Shown: positions 22,334 through 30,526 of the stretch, in pieces
Layout of the letters: every line of letters begins with the position of its first letter
Numbering within the stretch: position 1 is the stretch's first letter
Assembly: GCA_963718585.1 (NCBI GenBank)
Contig: OY970357.1
Location: forward strand, 30,001 to 62,000
Source of the DNA: Candidatus Saccharimonadota bacterium
GTDB taxonomy: Bacteria; Patescibacteriota; Patescibacteriia; 2-12-FULL-60-25
Length of the DNA: 32,000 bases
Direction: 5' to 3'
Notes under the pieces: generated by a model
Databases searched by the model: none
Told to the model about the DNA's origin: nothing
What the model saw: the letters and a program-made list of their open reading frames with translations, nothing else
Translations under genes and position numbers: made by a program

Positions 22334-23419
22334 TTAGTCCATCGAAGAGACGGAAAGGAGGCCGTACCCACATGAGCTGTCGTATTTTCTGCTCACGTGA
22401 ACACTCACCATCATGTGTCCATCTTTGGAATGGAGGTGAAGCGCGTACGGTGTCTGTGAACTCGTTTTCTCATTCGAACTCCAATCGGGAAGGCAGCCCT
22501 TGACCCTGTGAGCGATGAGACGAGCATCGGCGACAACGTCGCTGCACGTTTGGCCGTTTGGCGTATGGCACATGTACTCGGGAACGTCGTCCGGATCATC
22601 TTTACGTACGTATATCCGGCAGTGTTGGACTCCTGGGAGGGTGACCAGAGCTTCGTAGACATGCGAACTGTCATTACGGGTCGTTATACCGCGCAACGAC
22701 CGGAACTCCGGCGCATCGCGGATCACGCGTTTGAGCGCTGTGCAGAACGTCCCACTCGAACCAGATCCACTGGCAGTCGGTGGTGGAGGGGGCGGTGTCA
22801 CCTTGAATGGCTCCACGATCAGGCTGTTGATCCAGACGCTCAACAGTCGGCTGTACGGCACGATTTTCGGGAATATCGACATCGGATCGTTGATGTAGAC
22901 GTACGGGACCATGACGGAGACCGGACGTCCGAACATATCCTGGCGCCACTCTTGCCGGAATGCCATCCCGCGGATGACGATCGCGTGGGTGGAGCGGAAC
23001 CCGCTGACGATCTGCGCGATCACCGGGCGGTCGCTGTTCAAGATGTTGTACAGCGTCATGGGGTTCGTTGGCGGTGCGAGAGTCGTAATGACCCCGCCGA
23101 AGCGCAGGATCACGGCCCGGATCTCACCCATATCGTTCGCGGCTTTGACACAACGAGCGGGGTTGCCACAACAGTACCCCGGAGGCAGGCCATAGCCGAT
23201 CTCCATCATCTGGCACTGTTGGATGGACTGTCCGTTGTTCCGATAGCGGATGGCCATCTCGGACGCGGCGAGCCAGCACCATTCAGGTGTGTGTTGGAGA
23301 ACGATCGGGACGTTGAGATAGACGAGACCAGGTCCCGACTGTCCGCGGGACGTCGTCGCCGTGAGCCCGAAGACCCCGAGTGTGAGGATGATGATCAGGA
23401 GACGCAGTGCCTTGGCCAA
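22334..23419 (-). CDS. secreted papain-fold cysteine peptidase-like protein (C39/C70-like N-domain), poly-Pro linker, Cys-rich C-terminal domain
   Basis: TTG start at 23419, preceded by AGAGGAGG with a 5-nt spacer. Signal peptide AKALRLLIIILTLGVFGLTA. Putative nucleophile in Q..PEWCWLAASEMA, His in THAIVIRG, then YINDP. PPPPPP linker. Confidence 0.65.
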   Translation of the reverse strand: MAKALRLLIIILTLGVFGLTATTSRGQSGPGLVYLNVPIVLQHTPEWCWLAASEMAIRYRNNGQSIQQCQMMEIGYGLPPGYCCGNPARCVKAANDMGEIRAVILRFGGVITTLAPPTNPMTLYNILNSDRPVIAQIVSGFRSTHAIVIRGMAFRQEWRQDMFGRPVSVMVPYVYINDPMSIFPKIVPYSRLLSVWINSLIVEPFKVTPPPPPPTASGSGSSGTFCTALKRVIRDAPEFRSLRGITTRNDSSHVYEALVTLPGVQHCRIYVRKDDPDDVPEYMCHTPNGQTCSDVVADARLIAHRVKGCLPDWSSNEKTSSQTPYALHLHSKDGHMMVSVHVSRKYDSSCGYGLLSVSSMD

Positions 23420-23482
23420 GAGAACCTCCTCTATGTGAGTGCCAAAAGAGCCCGCCCATTACAGCGGAAGATGGCCGATCCG

Positions 23483-25168
23483 TCAATGATCAACGAGGCG
23501 TTTACGCATGTACGTTCCCGCCAACCGATATCCGAGCGATCGGTAATAGGCGCGGACGCCGATCCCGCTGATGACGGCGAGATCCCGGTATCCCTCGCGT
23601 ACCGCGATGGCTTCGGCCCGCCGCATGAGCTCGCGCCCGTACCCTTTGTGCTGCGCCGCGTCCGTACGCCCTTGTTTGAGCGCTAGCGCCGTTCCGTAGG
23701 TATGCAATTCGCGGACGATCGCTGCGTCACGTAGTTCGGGGAGGGCGTCTTCGATCTTCCGAGATTCTCGGTCAACCCGCGGATCTGACGCGTAGGGTTC
23801 AGATGTACGGACGTGCTCCGGGTCATTCGGCAGGCGAAGTCGCAAAAAGGCGAAGACCGCACGACGGTCCGGATCCTCCATGCTTAAAAAGACCTCGCGC
23901 CCACCGGCGTTCTCATACGTTTCTTCGAAGAGTTGCGGGGTGACGGTCGCAGGATCGATCTCGGTCACGTGTCCGACTTCGCGGCAACGGAGGCATTGGC
24001 AGGAAAGTCCGCGCCGTTTCATCTCGGATTCGATGGTCTCGCGAAGGTTCGTGATCTTATTTCCGTATGAGATCGCATGTTCAGGAAAGTCGCGGATGAG
24101 ACGAGAGATCCGGCAATATGGCGGCACAACGGTCTGCATGGCGATCAATAGCTCCTTCAGTGTCTCGCCCTCCAAAGGCGTGAATCGTCCCTCCTTGGAC
24201 CAGTCATGAAGCTCTGCGGTAGGCAGGACGACGCAGGGATAGAGCTTGATCATATCCGGACGGAATCGTGGATCCGTGAAGAGCGTGCGAAAGTCTTCCA
24301 GGTCTCGTTCCGGCGTGGACCCAGGTTGACCGGGCAGGATGTGAAAGTCCGTTTTGAGTCCGGCTTGTTTGAGGAGCGCGACCGCACGCACCGTTGCCTC
24401 GACCGTATGGCCCCGCTGGGTCAGCGCGAGGACCTCGTCCTGCAAGGTCTGTACCCCGAGTTCCACGCGCGTGCACCCGAGTTCGCGCAGACGCTGGATC
24501 TCCACGGCATTCACCCAATCTGGACGTGTCTCGATCGTGAGTCCGATGATCCGATACTGGGCAGACTCGTTGGCACGTTGAGTCGTCGCAAGGTTCGCGA
24601 AGCGACGTTTGTGGCCGGATGCTCCCAAGTGATTGGCCGCATCGAAACAGCGTTTGATGAACCAGCGGCGATAGTCCCAGCGGTAGGAGGACCATGTCCC
24701 GCCTTTGATGATGAGCTCGATCTTTTCCGCGCGATGCCCATTTCGTTCCAGTGTCCGCACGCGCTGGAACACCTGATCGTATGGATCGAATCGTAAGGAC
24801 AGGGCGCGCGCGGCAGCTGGTTCGCTCGCAAGGTAGCTTTTGGGCATCCGCGCTTCGGTCGGGCAGTAGACGCACTTGCCCGGGCAGGGATATGGCTTCG
24901 TCAGGACCGTGATCGGCGCGACGCCGGAATCCGTGCGGACATCCTTCACACGGAGGAGCCGTTCGAGAGCGGTCGTTTGCGGGATCCGTCCATGCGTGAC
25001 GGCCTTGCGGTACGTGGTCCAAAGCTCCTGTGCATCCGGGAAGCGGTATGGCGTGCCCTTCAACCGACGCCGCATGACGGTCCATAAACGCTGCCGATCT
25101 CGGAGATCGGTCGTCAGAGCGTCGGAGAGTATGCGCTCCACGAGCGCGGTCGGTGGACGTTCAGGCAT
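23483..25168 (-). CDS. elp3: Elp3-type radical SAM / GNAT tRNA U34 side-chain (cm5U) synthase
   Basis: PYPCPGKCVYCP radical-SAM cluster motif, an Elp3 central region, and a C-terminal GNAT domain (HKGYGRELMRRAEAIAVREGY...). Start set at ATG 25168, because the longer ORF (to 25450) overlaps the divergent methyltransferase gene. Confidence 0.9.
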   Translation of the reverse strand: MPERPPTALVERILSDALTTDLRDRQRLWTVMRRRLKGTPYRFPDAQELWTTYRKAVTHGRIPQTTALERLLRVKDVRTDSGVAPITVLTKPYPCPGKCVYCPTEARMPKSYLASEPAAARALSLRFDPYDQVFQRVRTLERNGHRAEKIELIIKGGTWSSYRWDYRRWFIKRCFDAANHLGASGHKRRFANLATTQRANESAQYRIIGLTIETRPDWVNAVEIQRLRELGCTRVELGVQTLQDEVLALTQRGHTVEATVRAVALLKQAGLKTDFHILPGQPGSTPERDLEDFRTLFTDPRFRPDMIKLYPCVVLPTAELHDWSKEGRFTPLEGETLKELLIAMQTVVPPYCRISRLIRDFPEHAISYGNKITNLRETIESEMKRRGLSCQCLRCREVGHVTEIDPATVTPQLFEETYENAGGREVFLSMEDPDRRAVFAFLRLRLPNDPEHVRTSEPYASDPRVDRESRKIEDALPELRDAAIVRELHTYGTALALKQGRTDAAQHKGYGRELMRRAEAIAVREGYRDLAVISGIGVRAYYRSLGYRLAGTYMRKRLVDH

Positions 25169-25183
25169 TTCGTTGGGTAGAGT
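25154..25183 (+). promoter_or_regulatory. candidate promoter for the methyltransferase gene (leaderless geometry)
   Basis: TGGACG (25154..25159), 18-nt spacer, TAGAGT (25178..25183). The ATG at 25193 follows 9 nt after the -10 element, with no SD. The -35 element lies inside the first elp3 codons. Confidence 0.4.
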
Positions 25184-25192
25184 GAACACAGC

Positions 25193-25942
25193 ATGACGCA
25201 GAGTGTCGAAGCCATCAAGCGGTCCGTCGCCGCCTTCTACCAGACGTATGGGAAGGATTTTTCTGCGACCCGGCGCGGCACCTGGGACGTGATGCGTCTG
25301 ATCCTCGAGGTCTTGCGTCCCGGCGATACGCTTGTGGACGTCGGAGCGGGGAACGCCCGGCTCGCCCGTGAGGTCCCGAGCAGTGTGCGGTACATCGGGA
25401 TCGAACCATCGGAGACCATGCGGGCTGAAGCGCAACGGTTCGTGGCACAACGGAAGGAAGGGGATCTGCGCGCCGGCGGATTTCCGCGTTTACCCGTGGG
25501 GGACGCGGAAGCGGATGCGGTCGCTTGCATCGCCGTGCTCCACCATCTCACGCCGGCAGAGCGATTCCCGGCCATTGCAGAGCTCCATCGGATCCTTCGT
25601 CCGGGAGGCGTCCTCATCCTGACCGTCTGGAATCTGCGTTGTCGGCGGTTTGCTCGCTTGTCGACGCTTGCCGCTGCGTGGTTCCAATGGTCGCTTGTCG
25701 CCGGCGGAGGTCCGGGTGATCTTTGGATGCCGTGGCAGGGTGGATCCGATGAGGCAAAGCGATACGTCCACTGCTTCACCCCGGTGGAACTCCGTTCGTA
25801 TTTCGACGCGGAACACTGGCACATGGAGCGGTGCGAGCCCTGGGCGCGCGGACAAACCGCATCCGTTTGGAACGGGCCGAATCTTGTCGTCGTCGCGCGT
25901 AAAAAAATCCCGCCGAAGCGGGAGGAGGAGCGGCCATACTAG
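25193..25942 (+). CDS. class I SAM-dependent methyltransferase, Trm9/ALKBH8-MTase-like
   Basis: Motif I LVDVGAGNARLA, plus blocks that line up with yeast Trm9 / human ALKBH8 as I recall them: FYQTYGKDFSATRRGTW, ACIAVLHHLTPAERF..L.RILRPGGVLILTVW, DLWMPW, RYVHCFTPVEL, NLVVVARKK. Confidence 0.75.
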   Translation: MTQSVEAIKRSVAAFYQTYGKDFSATRRGTWDVMRLILEVLRPGDTLVDVGAGNARLAREVPSSVRYIGIEPSETMRAEAQRFVAQRKEGDLRAGGFPRLPVGDAEADAVACIAVLHHLTPAERFPAIAELHRILRPGGVLILTVWNLRCRRFARLSTLAAAWFQWSLVAGGGPGDLWMPWQGGSDEAKRYVHCFTPVELRSYFDAEHWHMERCEPWARGQTASVWNGPNLVVVARKKIPPKREEERPY

Positions 25943-26424
25943 GCGGCTTGAGGGGGGAGCGAAGGGCCACCAGGAAGAGCGCGTCGTGGATACCATGCGA
26001 TCTCTTTGACCGATGCTTTCGTCATGTAGGTCGCATCAAAGAGTGTCGAGAGGAGCCAACAGACGGCGTCGCGTCCATCTGTATTGATCAAAGGTAGGAT
26101 GTCGTATGGGGGCGTGCAGGTGGGGTCGGCAGCAAGGCACCGTTCCCGGATCTCGTGAAGTAAGATCGAGATATGACACGGGTTGTCGGGGCGGGGTTGA
26201 TCTTTGAAGAGCAGACTGAACCCGTCTGACGTATGCATCACCTCGATCCCGCACTGGAGCGCCGTGGAGAGCTGGTCCGCGAAAACGTCTACGACGGACG
26301 GGTCGATCCGTGCCTTTGGTCGACTCCAGCTGACATGATCGTTCATCTCGATCCGCGTACCTTTTGGCGAGCGGAATGAGCACGATCCAGATTTGAATAC
26401 GAACCGGTCATTCGCGTAGAGCAT
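25939..26424 (-). CDS. hypothetical protein
   Basis: GGAGG with a 5-nt spacer before ATG 26424 (the ORF track starts at GTG 26430). 161 aa with several Cys. Its stop overlaps the methyltransferase stop in the tetranucleotide CTAG. No family recognised. Confidence 0.65.
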   Translation of the reverse strand: MLYANDRFVFKSGSCSFRSPKGTRIEMNDHVSWSRPKARIDPSVVDVFADQLSTALQCGIEVMHTSDGFSLLFKDQPRPDNPCHISILLHEIRERCLAADPTCTPPYDILPLINTDGRDAVCWLLSTLFDATYMTKASVKEIAWYPRRALPGGPSLPPQAA

Positions 26425-26453
26425 GTTCACCTCCGTAAAAAGAGCAGGCGTTC

Positions 26454-26482
26454 ACTGTAAGGAGGGGAGCGATGCGGGTCAA
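26454..26482 (-). promoter_or_regulatory. sigma-70-type promoter for 25939..26424
   Basis: Minus-sense TTGACC (26482..26477), 17-nt spacer, TACAGT (26459..26454). Confidence 0.55.
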
Positions 26483-26487
26483 GGGTC

Positions 26488-26515
26488 AAAAAAACCGCCC
26501 GCATGGAGCGGACGG
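26488..26515 (-). terminator. intrinsic terminator after hup
   Basis: Minus-sense CCGTCCGC-TCCAT-GCGGGCGG followed by TTTTTTT. Confidence 0.85.
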
Positions 26516-26523
26516 TCTTGATC

Positions 26524-26865
26524 TTACATCTGTGGTGCCATGGGGGGCGCGGCTGGCGGGGGTGTTGAAGGCGGTTCGACGGGACGCTGACGCTTGAGTG
26601 CGTCTTTGAGACCCTTACCAGCCTTGAATTTGGGAACGGTCACGGACGGGATCTGGATCTTCTCTGACGTATTACGTGGATTGACCCCCGTCCGACCTGC
26701 ACGCGTCTTGGCCATGAATGAGCCGAATCCAGCGATCGTGACCTCGCCGCCGTGCGTCAACGTTTCCGTGACGGTGTCGACAAAGCATTCGACCATGTCT
26801 TCGGCCTGTTTCTTGGTGAGGCCGACCTTCTCCGCAATGTGCGTGATAAGCTCCGCTTTATTCAT
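26524..26865 (-). CDS. hup: HU/IHF-family DNA-binding protein with Pro-rich C-terminal extension
   Basis: MNKAELITHIAEKVGLTKKQAEDMVE...GFGSF...RAGRTGVNPRT-like arm...VPKFKAGKGLKDAL, then a PVEPPSTPPPAAPPMAPQM tail. The alternative start ATG 26874 (MRCMNK) lies closer to an AGGAG. Confidence 0.9.
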   Translation of the reverse strand: MNKAELITHIAEKVGLTKKQAEDMVECFVDTVTETLTHGGEVTIAGFGSFMAKTRAGRTGVNPRNTSEKIQIPSVTVPKFKAGKGLKDALKRQRPVEPPSTPPPAAPPMAPQM

Positions 26866-27040
26866 ACAACGCATTTGACTCCTGAAAATCGCGATCTGCT
26901 GGGGTTTTGCATCGTCGCGCACTCACCGTACGTTCTCCGTACGCCTCGCACGTTCCTCGCTCCAGCCCGCAGCATCTCATCGATTTTTAAGGGTCGAGGA
27001 TTAAGAGTTACGGTTTGATCTCAGAATACCCGGATTTGGC

Positions 27041-27844
27041 TTAGCCATCAACAATTTTGCGGATCTGGTCAAGTCCCACCGCCCGGCCGGTGTCAATATC
27101 TGCCTCGATGAGCGCCGCATTCACCTCGATCTTTCCGGTCCTCGGTTGGTCGTAGGATGTGCTTCCAGGGCTTAAAAATGACTTAACTGCGCTATTTTTT
27201 TCGAATCCGATGACTGAATCGTACGCCCCGTTCCGGCCAACATCTGTCACATAGGCGGTCCCGCCAGGCAGGATCTTGCCATCGGCGGTGGGGACGTGGG
27301 TGTGGGTACCTAGGACCGCGGTGACGCGGCCGTCGGCAAAATGTCCGAAGGCCTCTTTTTCGCTCGTGGCCTCGGCGTGGAAGTCCACGAGGACGAGATC
27401 TACGTCCGGATGTCGGGTCAGGATCGTGTCGAGCGTCTCGAATGGGCTCGCGACCTCATCTTTCATGAAGAGCTTTCCCAGGAGATTCGTCACGAGGATA
27501 TTCGTTCCCTCCTTTTCGATCACCATCGCTCCGTGTCCAGGGCGATGCGCGATGATATTCGCGGGACGGACGAGTCGATCGCGCCATGTCGGGTCGTCAA
27601 AGCAGGCGAGACCCATCTGGTTCTCCCAGACGTGATTGCCAGAGGTGTACGCGTCGATCCCCGCGGCATCCATCTCCTTCAAGGTCTTGGGTGTGATCCC
27701 GCGTCCGTGGGACAGGTTCTCGACATTCGCGATGATGAGATCGGGATGCAGCTCGGCGCGGAGCGCGGGCAGGGCGGTCGTCACTCCGCGACGTCCGATC
27801 GCGCCGATGATGTCACCGAAGAAGAGGATCTTGAAGCTGCGCAT
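27041..27844 (-). CDS. ymdB: YmdB-like metallophosphoesterase (2',3'-cyclic-nucleotide phosphodiesterase family)
   Basis: ILFFGDIIG, ANVENLSHGRG, SGNHVWEN and DFHAEATSEK blocks. Sits directly downstream of rny (1-nt gap), as in Bacillus. Confidence 0.9.
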   Translation of the reverse strand: MRSFKILFFGDIIGAIGRRGVTTALPALRAELHPDLIIANVENLSHGRGITPKTLKEMDAAGIDAYTSGNHVWENQMGLACFDDPTWRDRLVRPANIIAHRPGHGAMVIEKEGTNILVTNLLGKLFMKDEVASPFETLDTILTRHPDVDLVLVDFHAEATSEKEAFGHFADGRVTAVLGTHTHVPTADGKILPGGTAYVTDVGRNGAYDSVIGFEKNSAVKSFLSPGSTSYDQPRTGKIEVNAALIEADIDTGRAVGLDQIRKIVDG

Positions 27845-27845
27845 C

Positions 27846-29381
27846 CTAGCGGGCGTATTCGATGATGCGGGTCTCGCGGATGAGGGTCACGCGGACCTCA
27901 CCCGGATACTTGAGCTCGGCTTCCACTTTGTGTGCGATGTCCTTGGCAAGCTGGGTCGCGGCAAAGTCGTCGATCTGTTGCGGGTTCACGAACACGCGGA
28001 CCTCGCGTCCGGCTTGGATGGCGTAGACCTTTTCAACGCCCGGGAAGGACGACGCGGCCAGTTCGAGATCTTCCAAGCGCTTCACGTACAGCTCGAACGA
28101 GTCCTTGCGCGCGCCGGGTCGGGCACCGGAGATGGCGTCTGCGGCCTTCACGATCACGGCTTCGAGTGTCTTTGGTTTATCCTCGTGATGGCCGATCGAC
28201 TGGTAGCACAGCTCTTCGGGGAATCCGAATTTCTTCATGATCTGATAGCCGAGTTCGGGGTGGCCGCCCTGCATGTCGTGGTCCACGCCTTTGCCGATGT
28301 CGTGGAAGAGGCCGCCGACCTTGCAGACTTTCACGTCCGCATGGAGTTCCTCCGCCATCATGGCGGAGAGATTCGCGACTTCCATGGAGTGCATGAGCGC
28401 ATTTTGACCGAAGGATGTGCGGTATTTGAGACGGCCCAGGATCTGGATGAGCTTTGGATCGATCCCGGTCATGGGGATCCCGAGTTGATACAACGCATCT
28501 TCGCCCGCTTTTTTGATGTCGATCGCGAGCTCCTTTTTCGCTTCGTCGATCGCCGTCTCGATGCGTCCTGGATGGATACGGCCGTCTTTGAGCAGTTTTG
28601 CGAGTGCGTGCTTTGCCACCTGGCGTCGAATGGGGGAGAACCCGGAGATCGTGAGGATCCCGGGCTGATCATCCACGATGAGTTCACACCCGGTGAGCCA
28701 TTCGAGCGCCTTGATGTTGCGGCCTTCCTTCCCGATGATCCGTCCTTTCATGTCGTCGCTCGGAAGCTCGATGTAAGACGTGGTCGTCTCGGAGACCGTA
28801 CTCGAAGCGAGTCGCTGGATGGCGACGGCGATGATGTTCTTCGCCTTGCGTTCGATCTCGTCGGAATCTTGCTGGTCGAGTTTCCGCATGCGGCTCATGA
28901 GCGCGTCTTGGTTGTCGCGTTCCACGACCTGCATCAGGCGCTCCTGTGCCTGCTCCTGTGTGAGTTGGGCGATGGTCTCCAAACGCTTCGACTCCTCCGC
29001 CTCGAGTTCAGCGAGCCGCTTTTCGCCTTCGGTAAGTTTTGTGGAGCGCTCCTCCAAGGATTTCCGCGTTTCATCCATCTCCAAGATTTTCTTTCCGAAT
29101 TCGGCTTCGCGCTCGGAAAGCTGTTGTCGATCCTTCTTGGATTCTTCGGTCAACCGTTTTTCCTCTATGCGGGCATCCTCGAGGATCTTGATGGCTTTGT
29201 CTTTTGCCTTGACGAGGACATCCTGCTGCTTGGACTCAGCATCTGCCAAGATGTGCTTGGCTTTTGCCTCGGCCTCGTCGACCTGTTGTTGGATTTTCTT
29301 TCCTTTGTCTGAAACGATGAGCTTTGCGATCACGGCGCCGATCGCCGCGCCGATGATGAGCCCGATAAGGGCGTACAACAT
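27846..29381 (-). CDS. rny: ribonuclease Y
   Basis: 511 aa. N-terminal TM helix (MLYALIGLIIGAAIGAVIAKLIV), a coiled-coil region, a KH domain (GRIIGKEGRNIKALE) and an HD domain (GGLFHDIGK...). Confidence 0.95.
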   Translation of the reverse strand: MLYALIGLIIGAAIGAVIAKLIVSDKGKKIQQQVDEAEAKAKHILADAESKQQDVLVKAKDKAIKILEDARIEEKRLTEESKKDRQQLSEREAEFGKKILEMDETRKSLEERSTKLTEGEKRLAELEAEESKRLETIAQLTQEQAQERLMQVVERDNQDALMSRMRKLDQQDSDEIERKAKNIIAVAIQRLASSTVSETTTSYIELPSDDMKGRIIGKEGRNIKALEWLTGCELIVDDQPGILTISGFSPIRRQVAKHALAKLLKDGRIHPGRIETAIDEAKKELAIDIKKAGEDALYQLGIPMTGIDPKLIQILGRLKYRTSFGQNALMHSMEVANLSAMMAEELHADVKVCKVGGLFHDIGKGVDHDMQGGHPELGYQIMKKFGFPEELCYQSIGHHEDKPKTLEAVIVKAADAISGARPGARKDSFELYVKRLEDLELAASSFPGVEKVYAIQAGREVRVFVNPQQIDDFAATQLAKDIAHKVEAELKYPGEVRVTLIRETRIIEYAR

Positions 29382-29680
29382 ATGATCAAACGCCCGGTTT
29401 TCACGAAAAAATGTCCGAGGCCGGTCTTCGCTGTTCCGTTGTTGTGTCAGTCTCGCGATGACCCACGTGGGATCACGGTGACAGAGTCATGGTGGAAGGC
29501 CGACCGCTGGTTCATCCGTGCCAACCGGAGCGGGTTAGGTATTGGGTCGGTAAAGCCACGATAGCAAAGGTCGCCTCCGGCGTCTAGGTATGAAAAACTC
29601 TCTTCTGGGCGAGTGGGGCCTCTTTTGGAGACGGATCCCGTGGGCGGACTATGTGCTGAGAAGGTTGATCCCCGTGATCC

Positions 29681-30469
29681 CTACGGTGGAAGCTCGCCGT
29701 TTTTGGCCAGCTCCTCAAGACGCGTCGCGTCATCGACTCGATAGTCGCCGACGCGGGTACGGCGAAGCTGGGTGAGATACGCGCCACAGCCGAGCGCACG
29801 TCCGATGTCATCGGCCAGGGTGCGGATGTACGTTCCGGAGGAGCAGGTGACCTGGAATTTCAGGAACGGCCATTCATAATCCACGAGTCGTAGGTCATGG
29901 ATGGTCACGGTCTTCACCGGACGCATTTCCTCCGTCGCCTTCCCTTTCCGTGCGAGTTCGTACAATTTCTTACCGCCGACCTTCTTCGCAGAATGGAGCG
30001 GCGCTTTTTGATCGTGTGATCCTTGGAACCGCTTCAAGATGTCGATGACGTCGTCGATCGTCGGGCGTTCATATCCTTTATTCTCCGTGATCTCGCCCTC
30101 GGGGTCGAACGTCGTGCTCGTCGCACCGAGCCGTGCGGTCGCCTCATACGTCTTATCGAGTCCGACGAGTGCGGTCAGCTTTTTGGTCGCTGGGCCGACA
30201 CCGACGATCAAGAGCCCGGTCGCGAACGGATCGAGCGTTCCAGCGTGACCGATCCGGCGGATCTTCAAGATGCCGCGCAGTTTTGCGACGACATCGTGGC
30301 TCGTCCATCCTGTGGGTTTATCGATCAAGAGAAGACCCCCAGGATCGCGACCCGCTTGGTCTTCGCTACGCTCCACGCTCACCGGTCCGTCGAGTACGTC
30401 TCGCGCGTCGCTCGCTCCAGACCGGCGCGTCTCATCGATCCTGGAGGTCTTCGGGACTTTTTGTGACAT
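29681..30469 (-). CDS. truB: tRNA pseudouridine(55) synthase TruB
   Basis: LLIDKPTGWTSHDVV...RIGHAGTLDPFATGLLIVGVG with the catalytic Asp motif. There is a ~45-aa N-terminal extension with no alternative Met. Confidence 0.9.
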   Translation of the reverse strand: MSQKVPKTSRIDETRRSGASDARDVLDGPVSVERSEDQAGRDPGGLLLIDKPTGWTSHDVVAKLRGILKIRRIGHAGTLDPFATGLLIVGVGPATKKLTALVGLDKTYEATARLGATSTTFDPEGEITENKGYERPTIDDVIDILKRFQGSHDQKAPLHSAKKVGGKKLYELARKGKATEEMRPVKTVTIHDLRLVDYEWPFLKFQVTCSSGTYIRTLADDIGRALGCGAYLTQLRRTRVGDYRVDDATRLEELAKNGELPP

Positions 30470-30483
30470 GCCCGCATCCTAGC

Positions 30484-30520
30484 ATAAAAAGAAACACCCG
30501 CCGTCGTGCGACAGCGGGTG
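30484..30520 (-). terminator. intrinsic terminator after 30527..31018, immediately upstream of truB
   Basis: Minus-sense CACCCGCTGTC-GCAC-GACGGCGGGTG (one G-U pair) followed by TTTCTTTTTAT. Confidence 0.8.
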
Positions 30521-30526
30521 AGGAGA

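Noticed and set aside
20950-22371. 473-aa ORF antisense to proS
   Set aside because: Same high-GC shadow-ORF pattern, opposite a clearly homologous ProRS gene. It also runs across the proS terminator.
25169-25450. N-terminal 94-aa extension of the elp3 ORF
   Set aside because: It would overlap the divergent methyltransferase gene by ~260 nt, and the extension has no Elp3-like sequence. The internal ATG at 25168 gives a normal Elp3 N-terminus. The same logic trimmed the transketolase N-subunit ORF (6279..6353, which crosses a terminator hairpin), rpiB (10320..10376) and the NlpC/P60-like ORF (9274..9504, inside rpe).
27636-29312. 558-aa ORF antisense to rny/ymdB
   Set aside because: It spans two real genes on the other strand. 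The composition is low-complexity (L/F/D/R-rich) with no motifs.
29382-29680. SRP RNA, 6S RNA or tmRNA in the truB-rny spacer
   Set aside because: No SRP domain IV signature (GGAA tetraloop with flanking AGCAGC-type loops) was found. No tmRNA tRNA-like ends or tag ORF were found either. The region is kept only as an unexplained structured spacer.
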